DNA of 64,000 nucleotides, from contig NC_043015.1 of the NCBI RefSeq assembly GCF_006345805.1, positions 6,572,001-6,636,000 on the forward strand, in the 5' to 3' direction. This DNA comes from Octopus sinensis. Its lineage: Eukaryota. A program made the position numbers and the translations under genes. Positions 54,139 to 64,000 of this stretch are shown here, in pieces; position 1 is the first letter of the stretch, and every line of letters starts with the position of its first letter. The notes under the pieces were generated by a model, which was not told the DNA's origin, ran no database searches, and saw only the letters and a list, made by a program, of their open reading frames with translations.

Positions 54139-55199
54139 TATATAGTTAGATACATAGACAGATAGATATATATAGACGTATATATTTATAGAAAAAATAT
54201 ATATATAGATATCTGTAAATATGTATACATAAATACATACGAATATGTGTGTGTACATATATATATATATGTGTGTGTGTATATATACGCACATATATGC
54301 ATATGTGTGTATATATATATACATACATATATACATATATATATAAATATATATATATATGTAAATATATATACATATGTAGCAACATTAATTCGCTGAG
54401 CGAGAGATTACATATATGCATGTACACACAAGCGCACATCTATATATCCAAACATGTGTGTATAAACATACATATATTTACAGACATACATACACTCAAG
54501 CATGTGCATATGCATATTAATAAATATATACTTAGAGTTACTTAGGTATATATATATACATTTATAAATAACTATATAGATACCTATACATGAATATAAT
54601 ATATATCTATGTATGTATATATAATCACTCACAAACACATATTCAAACAATCACCTATACGTGTAGTTATATATATGTACCAAAAACATTTGATATCGTT
54701 TGCGTCATAATTCTTTTAACGCATTTTACCATGCAACGCAACTACATAGATACTCTCCGTAGTCACATGGAATACGTCAACTTAAAAAGAAGCCAAAGCG
54801 AATTCACATTATCGAATGAATATATCTAAAAACAAAACAATACTCTGTGAAGTTCTTCAGATGTGACAAAATATTGCTCTCAAGTGATATCAATTGATTA
54901 TTAGATGTATCTAAATAATCAGTGATCAATACATTAGGTACACAGGGATACGGTAAATACATACATACATTATGTATATATATATATACACATACATATA
55001 TACATATATATTATATATATACACATATATATCAAGATATATATTACCTGAGCAACAAATAGAATCTTACTTAATATTTTTACATATATACATGTATATA
55101 TATATATGCACATATATATATACATATATATGCACTTATATATATATATGCACTTATATATATGTATATATATATAGATATATATATATATATATATAT

Positions 55200-55243
<44 letters not shown>

Positions 55244-55244
55244 T

Positions 55245-55276
<32 letters not shown>

Positions 55277-55278
55277 TA

Positions 55279-55325
<47 letters not shown>

Positions 55326-56469
55326 GCACTTATATATATATATGCACATATAAATGTATATCTGAAGATATTATATCGACAGAATGTGAGACATCGACGC
55401 AGTCTCGCTCTACACCGAATTCATGTGTGTGTTTATGCGTTTTGACATGTGCCGATGTGTGTATGCGTGCGGTCAAATGCGTGCGGTCAAATGCGTGAGA
55501 ATCGTGTGCATGTTTATTGAATATTAGTTTCCGCAAATACTAAGCCTTCCTGCTTTACCTGTTCATCCTATATTTCTTTCTTTCTTTCTTCTTTGTTCTT
55601 CTTTTCTCGTTTCCCTCTCTCGATATATATATATTTACATAGATTGGAAAACACAGAAACGCATCCTCAAACACATACAGAAATATACGTGCATATATCT
55701 AACAATATATGTGTTCCTGTATGTGGTACATGAGTGCGTTTGTTTTTGTATAAGTGTATGCGTTATTACTCAACTATCGTGTGTACATTCATTATTAATT
55801 ATATCAATTTCAACGTTAACATATCAAATTTAAAGTTTACTTCTACTACGCTTAGAATCTGCCAATGAAACTATATAATTACATCATCAGTATTTCCTGT
55901 CTCAAGAACAATGGTGTAGTCTTTCAACAATTTAGTTGCTATCAATGAGGATGTACACGATTAATGTCATTGATGTTGCCAGATATTTTTCCTCATTTGA
56001 TGCTATCTTCTTTATCATTCCGTTTATTGATGTCATTTAGTGTTAACAACCAGTGCACGTTTTTGATCTTATGTTTGCGTAATTAATTAACTGACAGTGA
56101 AATGATTTTTTAGTGTAATTCCATTAATTTGATACCGGTGAATTGTCATTTTCCAAAGTAGTGGTTTAAAACCATGAAGTTTTTATTAAGCACCGCATAT
56201 CGAACTTATTTTAAATGAGATGCGTTTCTTTGTGATAGACTTTGTTAGACCATTGAAAATGTTGTATTCGTTGGCCGTTTTATAGAAACATATGACAGTC
56301 ACACGAATGCTTCTCTATACAACGTTATTATTCGTCGGGTTATTATGGACAATATTCCATTATCACACGTTTGGATTTTGTTATTGTTGTTACTCTTATT
56401 GTTACTGTTATCATGCTATTCCTGACTTTTGAAGAAATATATATATTTTTTTAATTTAATTTTTTTTTA

Positions 56470-56865
56470 TTTCATTTAGTTCCAGCTCACGATCTGTGAC
56501 CATGCTGGGGCACCGACATTTGATGTTGCTACATGATTTTACTTCACGAATGCTTTTTAGCAATTGCCATTTGGTGCATGAGAGAGTTTGATGCAGGTGC
56601 CCTCATCTACACCTCTTGCCACGAAGTTGGTTCATCTGAGACACCTGACAGGAAGAAGTCCAGCTTTATTTTGAAGACACCTACATCTACCCCATGCAGA
56701 TCTCTCAGGTCCTTCGGGAGGATATTGAAGAGCAGTGGACCTCTGAAGCCCAGGCTATTGTAGTATCTTGTCCTACATCTTGATGGCAAATTTGGAGTCC
56801 TTGGCACTATGCAGTGGCGCCCAGTTCTAGTGTTTGTGTAACTCTCGATGCCTAAGTACTGTGTA
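56470..56865 (-). mobile_element. CR1-clade LINE 3' end with 3'UTR and tail
   Basis: HCIVPRTPNLPSRCRTRYYNSLGFRGPLLFNILPKDLRDLHGVDVGVFKIKLDFFLSGVSDEP (cf. GPxLFNxLP..FKxxLDxxL..xPDEP). Tail GTCGGTGCCCCAGCATGGTCACAG...GAAATAAAAAAAA. Confidence 0.88.
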
Positions 56866-57232
56866 TATAATTCTTTTTACAATAAACAAATGATATCTAC
56901 GGCTATATTGCCCAACAAATAAAGCCTATCTCTGATCTGAGAGACATGCGTGAGGTATTTTTCATCGGCCCAAGCCGAGCTTGGACAGATGTTAAATTTC
57001 TTAAAATTTTCTGTCTTGTTCAAATTTTAGATATATAACAGTGAATAATTATGATGTAATATTGTGAACAAGTGGACATATATATTTATCCAATGTATTT
57101 CATTTAGTTGGGTACGCTCATTCGTAAGAACAGTGAAATATAAAACGGTTGTCAGTCGTCGATGCGACTTCGTAACAGACGGTAGTTTGGTCAGAATGAG
57201 GTAAAACTGCAGAGCTATAGGTAGGTAGATAG

Positions 57233-57273
<41 letters not shown>

Positions 57274-57431
57274 TGTGGTGTGTGTGTGTTTGTGTGTGTT
57301 TGTGTGTGTGTGTGTTTCACATCCGTTTAGCGGACATCCACAGAAGGAAATATACACAGAATATAGAGTGCAAACGTTATGTTATACGAAAACATTTTAA
57401 AAATGAAGCACGCTTGTATTTGTTGCTCAGG

Positions 57432-57493
<62 letters not shown>

Positions 57494-57572
57494 ATATGCA
57501 TGTATTTTATACATACACATAGATAGACAGACATACAGACAGAGAGACAGACAGACTGGCACACAGACAGAC

Positions 57573-57652
<80 letters not shown>

Positions 57653-57689
57653 GTGCATGTGTGTAGGTATGCACGTATAACTTTTTACT

Positions 57690-57955
57690 TGTACCTTTTA
57701 CTTTTCTGAGTCGGAGTATTTGGGCCATGCTGGGGCACCGCATCTCACAACGCTTAGTAAAACAAATCCTCCCCAGTAATTTTTAAAGCCTCGTACTTAT
57801 GTTACGCGTTATTTTACGGGAACGTAAACAAACGCACCAGTCGTCAAATGGTGAGTAACAGACACAGGCTCGCGTGATCACACATAGTCGAACCGAACCC
57901 GAAATCATGTGGATGGTATGCAGACTTCTTATCAAATTGCCATGCCTGCGCTTTT
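57690..57955 (-). mobile_element. Old degenerate SINE family A
   Basis: GGCCATGCTGGGGCACCGC tail, ACGGGAACGTAAAC body, CCGAAATCATGTGG head remnant. Confidence 0.65.
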
Positions 57956-58826
57956 GTATATATGTAAAATTATGTATTGAAATGTACGTGTATGTGCGTG
58001 TATGTGTGTGTGTGTGTGTGTATGTGTGGTGTGTGGGGGGTCTGGGGGGAGGGTGTGTATGCATAATTTTATGCGCGTGCGTGGAGGGAAACAGCAAGAT
58101 TTAGTAAATTTACGTCTAATATTTTCATTCTGCTCTAATGACTGTCACAATTTCCACCAGAGATCGGAATTACATTTTTCTAGTTAATCCTATTTTCTTT
58201 TACTTGATTATACGTCATTTCCTTTCTAGATTGATAAATAATGAGATCGGATACTATCATTTTTAACCAGTCATATGAAAATATATTATCAACGAATTGG
58301 AAGTGAAATCGCAATAGCAGGAACAAAATGACATTTGCGAATTAATATCGCTAAGATTTTTATCTCTAATCTCCACTGATCATCACCTCAATATCACCAT
58401 ATTGTCATCTAATATTTCTACTTTTCTCTATCCTAATTATTGCGGCTTCTCACTCTTCCTCTCTGCTTCTCTATCACTTTCCTCTCTTTATTTCTTATGT
58501 CATATATATAATGTTATAATCTTAAATCTAAATCTTGCATCAGCGAGCAATAAGCAGAACGTAATTACAGTTATTCAACAAACGGTTTTCTTATACAGAA
58601 TTTTCAAACATTCCAAGGAATGTATTTTCGTTTGGCAATATGTTACTTTGAAATACTTTCCAGAGCGCGCAAATCAATGAGAACCTCTTTCAAAGCATTA
58701 AGACACCATTTTCTTATTTTTTTCACTTCTGCACGCAGAACGTTCCAGCTAATTGAGACATACAAATATGTGTATACACACATGCATACACACACACTCA
58801 CTTTCTCTCTCTCTCTCTCTCACACA

Positions 58827-58890
<64 letters not shown>

Positions 58891-59084
58891 AACGCATGCA
58901 CTCACATTTCTACTGATACATCATATGTTGGTCAAACTGTGTCTAGTTACGCATACACATACACGTATGCGTATATACGCAGTTATTTTATCTGTCTCTA
59001 CCATTCAGAATGCCTGCTATATCACACATACACACACACACACACAAACTCACATATACGCACAAACACACACAGAGTTCAAAT

Positions 59085-59210
59085 TTACAGAAAACAAAAG
59101 ATGAAAACAGATGAAGCGACAACAACCAGGTGTATTAGTTTAACACTCAAGAAGAATGGAAAAGTCTTTGATGTTTCGAGCCTACGCGTTTCGACAAAGG
59201 TTTCAGAAGA
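59085..59210 (-). mobile_element. Family D repeat (Penelope-like terminal remnant), reverse copy
   Basis: The reverse complement contains GCGTAGGCTCGAAACATCAAAGACTTT..GTTAAACTAATACACCTGGTTGTTG, homologous to 33935-34045. Confidence 0.55.
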
Positions 59211-59407
59211 AAAAAAGATATACACAACAACAACAACAACAACAAAAAAGAAACAGAGACAACAAAAAATGTGGTGTAGGGATTAATGATTATATATAGA
59301 GATGTATGTGTGTGTTCGTACGCGTGTGTGCATTGTATGTGTACGTGTGTAAGTATGTATGTATACCTTTGTGTATAATATATAAAATATATAATGTATA
59401 TGCATAC

Positions 59408-59815
59408 ACGTGGCTATCTGGTTAGATGCGTGCTTATCAGACACGAGGATTCGGGTTCAATCTCACCGTATGGCACCTGAGACAAGTGTCTTCTACTATA
59501 ACTCTTCTACTAAAGCCATGTGAGAGGATCGTGTAAACGGAAACTGAAAGAAGCCCGACGTTTATATATATATATATAATTTTTGTATGTGAGTGTGAAT
59601 GCATACGTGTCTGTGTGTGTTCCTACCCCAAAACTCCGCAACCGTTGCTGGAATGTGTACGTGCCGGTAACTTAGCAGTTCGGCAAACGAGACAGATAAC
59701 TAAAAAGCTTTAAAAAAAAGTCATTGATTCGACTCATTCGACTAAAATTAGTTCAGTCATATAACTGAGGCCCCATCATGGCCATTGTCTGATGATAGAA
59801 ACAAGTTAAAGAGTA
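59408..59815 (+). mobile_element. Diverged SINE family A with fold-back at the tail
   Basis: Head GTGGCTATCTGG..GGGTTCAATC..GGCACCTGAGACAAGTGTCTT. Inverted tail piece at 59752-59772. Confidence 0.8.
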
Positions 59816-59865
<50 letters not shown>

Positions 59866-60622
59866 TTATTATTGAGTGTATGCGTGTGTAATATTCTGTT
59901 TTATAAAGAAATAACAGGTGTACACAAGGAACATATAATTCTTTAATGTAATAAATATTCGGGTAAACACACACACACAACTGTATTAATGTGTTTGTTT
60001 ATAAGTGGGTAAGTTAGTGTGTATGTATTTTGCTTACGTTTGTGTTCTTGTGTATATTCATATGATAATATATATTCTGCTTTTATGATTACACTTTTGG
60101 CCGAAACGTAATTACTTCCTCTGAGACTGATAAATTGCTCCACTGTTCACAATAAGCTTATTTTACTGTTAATAAACAGTAAAATAACAGAACATAGCGA
60201 AAGGAGATATTATTACCGCATTTCGCGTAGCGGCGTTAAAAATACTAGCAATAATTTTGTCATCATTTATCCTATTATTATTTGAATGGATGTTGTAATC
60301 CGAGGAGGAGAAGAAAAAGTGAAAATGATTGTTAGGTTCTTATACTGCAATGATCATTCTTGGGTGGATTCCCAATTCTTTGTCGGCATTTGAATTTCGT
60401 TGATATATTTTTTACGTTATCTGCCTTACGTATCTGTTGCTCTCTAGAAAATAGTAGAGGTACAATGAATACATTTTCGTTAATGGTATGCGAAATGAAT
60501 GCATTTGTGTAAATGAGTGTGGACGATTTATTCCAACTACAAAATGATTGCAGTTAATAACAATACCAATGTTATTGATAATAACAACATCAACAACAAC
60601 AACAGTAGTAGTAGTAGTAGTA

Positions 60623-61235
60623 ATGCTCTAATGCAGGTACCAGTTTCCCTCATGCAGTACCATGCCCTCATCTAGTACCGTTGCCCTGAAGCAGTACCAG
60701 GCATTGGCTCTCATGGCCTCTGATCTTAACTGATTGCAAGTGTCATCATGTACATTGTTTTGTCTTGGTATAAAAGATGGGATACAGCAAATATTCTGCT
60801 CAATAACACAGATTTGCTTATCAGTTTTTTGCCCTTAACCAGTTGAGCATGTCCCTTAGTGGCTGACGATATGTGCATCTCTGATCATGAGCAGAAGTAT
60901 TGCGGGGAGCATCATAGCTATGTGTTGAGAGGGATTCTTCGGGATTTGAATAATTTACATCTGGAAACATGTGTGTTTCGTTCAACATCCTTAAACAACC
61001 CTTATTCAGGGACTTTTTGAGCGGGATGGGTTACTCGACCAAACGAAAATTATAACTGGGTCCCACTTGCATGGTCATGTGTTGTTTATCTTGATATGAG
61101 ATCTCTATGTCGCGCACATATGGTTTTGATGCATGTACCTTTATCAGACGGGTAGTCATGATGGGTATACTGAGCTTCGTATATTTTACCCCAGTGTCAC
61201 TTTGATGACATGCATTGCTCTCTCAGTCAATAACA
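60623..61235. mobile_element. Family G non-coding interspersed element, copy 1, embedded in (AAT)n/(TAG)n
   Basis: Colinear with the adjacent copy at 61255-61620 and ends CTCTCTCAGTC-AATAACAATAAT. Its class and sense strand are not resolved. Confidence 0.75.
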
Positions 61236-61254
61236 ATAATAGTAATAATAATAA

Positions 61255-61620
61255 TCTTAACTGATTGGAAGTATTATCATGTGCATTGTTTTGTCTTGGT
61301 ATAAAAGATGAGCTACAGTAAATATGCTTGTCAGTTGTTTGCCCTTAACCAGTTGAGCATGTCCCTTAGTGGCTGACGACATGTGCATCTCTGATCACGA
61401 GCAGAAGTAGTGGGGGAGCATCATAGCCATGTGTTGAGAGGGATTCTTTCAGGTTTGAATGATTCACTTCTGGAAACATATCTATATATGTGTATGTATA
61501 TATGGTTGTGAAGCATGTGCCTAGTGTACCCTTATCAGACGGGTAGCCATGAAGAGTATACTGGTCTTCGTATATTTTACGCCAGTGTCACTTTGATGGC
61601 ATGCACTGCTCTCTCACTCA
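61255..61620. mobile_element. Family G element, copy 2, truncated and internally deleted
   Basis: Starts CTTAACTGATTGGAAGT. An internal segment of about 150 bp is replaced by TA/TG-rich filler at about 61480-61500. Followed by (AAT)n. Confidence 0.75.
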
Positions 61621-61626
61621 ATAATA

Positions 61627-61660
<34 letters not shown>

Positions 61661-62070
61661 CAATAAAACTACAAAGATTACAAAGCGGAAATTTTAAAAA
61701 GTGTAACTTAGTTTCTTACAAGGCTATGGATTCATACAAGAAGAATGAGATTCGATAAGAATCACTACAAGTACATGAATCCTTTTTAATGAATTCAGCC
61801 GTATTTTGAGGAATATTCAATGTATTGCCGATGCTAAGGAATGTAAAATTCAAGTGGGCGTGTCTAATTATTCTCATGCGTTTAATTTGCTTCTCACTTT
61901 CCTCCGGCAGACAATACATGGCACTCCCTAATAATCTTATAATTTACATATGAACACACGCTCCACCAAACAGAACAGTTTACATACACAGTCACACACA
62001 TCTACATATACATAGATACATACATACGTACACATATATATATATGTTTGTGCGTATATATACATACATA

Positions 62071-62104
<34 letters not shown>

Positions 62105-62171
62105 CATACATATATATATATATAATACATATATATATATATATATATATAATATACACATATATATATAC

Positions 62172-62204
<33 letters not shown>

Positions 62205-62450
62205 CATATTATATATACATATTATATATATACATTATATATATACATATATATACATACATACATATATACATATATATATATACATACATACATATAT
62301 ATATATATACATATATATATACATACATACATATATATATATATACATATATATATATACATATATATATACATATATACATATATATATATATATGTAT
62401 ATATATACAGGCTGGCCCCAAAGTAGGTTTTTTTCGCATTTGTATATATT

Positions 62451-62490
<40 letters not shown>

Positions 62491-62491
62491 A

Positions 62492-62553
<62 letters not shown>

Positions 62554-62588
62554 TATAATATATATATATATATAATATATATATTATA

Positions 62589-62635
<47 letters not shown>

Positions 62636-62651
62636 ATATTATATATATATT

Positions 62652-62871
62652 TTGTACTTGTTTCAGTCATTTCGACTGCGGCCATGCTGGAGCACCGCCT
62701 TTTAGAGTGGTGAAAGAGTACAACAGGGATCACCACCATCCCCTGCCGGAGCCTCGTGGAGCTCTTAGGTGTTTTCGCTCAATAAACACACACAACGCCC
62801 GGTCTGGGAATCGAAACCGCGATCCTCCGACCGCAAGTCCGCTGCCCTAACCACTGGGCCATTGCGCCTCC
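62652..62871 (-). mobile_element. Hybrid SINE: family F tRNA-like head and body with family A tail
   Basis: Head GGAGGCGCAATGGCCCAGTGGTTAGGGCAGCGG..GTTTCGATTCCCAGACCGGGCG. Tail AGGCGGTGCTCCAGCATGGCCGCAGTCGAAATGACTGAAACAAGT. Confidence 0.85.
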
Positions 62872-63379
62872 ATGTATATATATATATATATATATACACA
62901 TATATATACATATGCATGTATTTATTTATATGTGCCTGCATGTGTATGTGTGTGTGTTTGTGTGTATGTGTTTCTGTGTACATGCATGTGTATGAGGGTG
63001 TGTTAGTGTGCAGGTCTGTGTGTGTGCTTGCGGCTGGGTGTGGGCTTAAAGCTGAACTAGACATTTCTATCTATATTTGTTGTGTCAACCAACAACACAT
63101 TAAATGAAAAAGAAAAAAAAATGGCGACCGATGTTCAGTCGTACGCACATTCTGTTTGACGCATAAGTTTGAGTGTTTATGGTGTAAGATTCAAGAGATA
63201 AGGAATAAGAGGCTTAAATCGCATCACAATTTCTATATGAATATTTAATGGCTATATACGGAAATGTTTTTTTCTTCGTCATGAGCTATGTGGCATCTAT
63301 TAATATATTGGCGCAAGTATCACTCCATTCTGAAGAAACAACATTATTTCAGCTTTTGTCCCATGGGTTTCCACCTTCT

Positions 63380-63462
63380 GGTATAGGCCCACTTAGTCCA
63401 AGTGTTGTGAGTGAAATTGGCAGTGAAAAACTGTGTGGAAGACCGTTGTAGTTATCATGGAT

Positions 63463-63498
<36 letters not shown>

Positions 63499-63820
63499 AT
63501 ACAAAGTAAGATAGGGGTTATGAGGATGATGATCGAAATGAATTTATTCCTCCATTTTCTTATTTGTATTATATATATATACTTATAATATGGGCAGGAG
63601 TGTTGTGTCTACGGTGCCTTTATGTCTATGATTTTGTCACCCACATCTTGGCAACAAATGTTGGTTTGTTTCCATTCCTGTAACCTAGAGATTCGAGATA
63701 AGTGACCGATAGTACAAGGCTTAAAACAAAAACTTAAGTACGGGCGGCAATTTGATCCACAGAAATCCCCTAACGCCATATGCTAGCATGGCCGCAGTGA
63801 AATTATTGAAGCGATGAAAG
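63380..63820 (+). mobile_element. Old degenerate SINE family A-related copy
   Basis: GTGTTGTGAGTGAAATTGG..., CCTGTAACCTAG.., GCTAGCATGGCCGCAGTGAAATTATTGAA are colinear with family A. Confidence 0.55.
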
Positions 63821-63882
63821 CTAATTGAGCAACGTAGGTAGTTAGAAAATCGCTATAAAACATGTATTCGCAATAAAATCTA

Positions 63883-64000
63883 GTGGCTGTGTGGTAAGTA
63901 ACTTGCTTATCAACCACTTGATTCCGGGTTCGGTCCCACTGCGTGGCACTTTGGGCAAGTGTCTTCTACTATAGCCTCGGGCGACCAAAGCCTTGTGAGT
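63883..64000 (+). mobile_element. SINE family A head, cut by the window end
   Basis: GTGGCTGTGTGGTAAG A box, GGTTCGGTCCC B box, GGCACTTTGGGCAAGTGTCTT. Confidence 0.9.

Noticed and set aside
55464-55497. 14-bp tandem duplication TGCGTGCGGTCAAA
   Set aside because: Ordinary slippage duplication with no further structure.
60623-60698. Short repeated units considered as a CRISPR-like array, along with the 24021/24146 repeats
   Set aside because: Eukaryotic context, no unique spacers of regular length, and no cas genes.

Overview
AT-rich eukaryotic DNA, very dense in microsatellites and almost certainly intronic or intergenic. The SINE/LINE set matches my recollection of coleoid cephalopod (genus Octopus) genomes. 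That assignment comes from repeat recognition, not from a database search. I could not confidently identify any cellular protein-coding gene, rRNA, tRNA gene or CRISPR array. Nearly all of the supplied ORF track is microsatellite translation or antisense SINE reading. The supported content is retro- and DNA-transposon debris: more than 15 copies of a composite tRNA/CORE-like SINE (family A) with an internal microsatellite, several Meta-like SINEs (family B), and other SINEs. LINE fragments are RTE, CR1 and R4/RLE type. There are also a Helitron Rep fragment, three Helentron-associated (HINE-like) elements, a Tigger-like MITE and Penelope-like terminal remnants. Best leads: a perfect 56-bp inverted repeat (46857-46999) with a perfect 15-bp palindrome nearby, a second 52-bp hairpin (26770-26902), in-window evidence that SINE A shares its 3' tail with a CR1 LINE, a hybrid SINE, and an (AAT)n-embedded element with an iterated terminus. 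A few splice-site-bounded exon or microexon candidates are weakly supported. I did not find convincing evidence of a wholly new multi-gene system.
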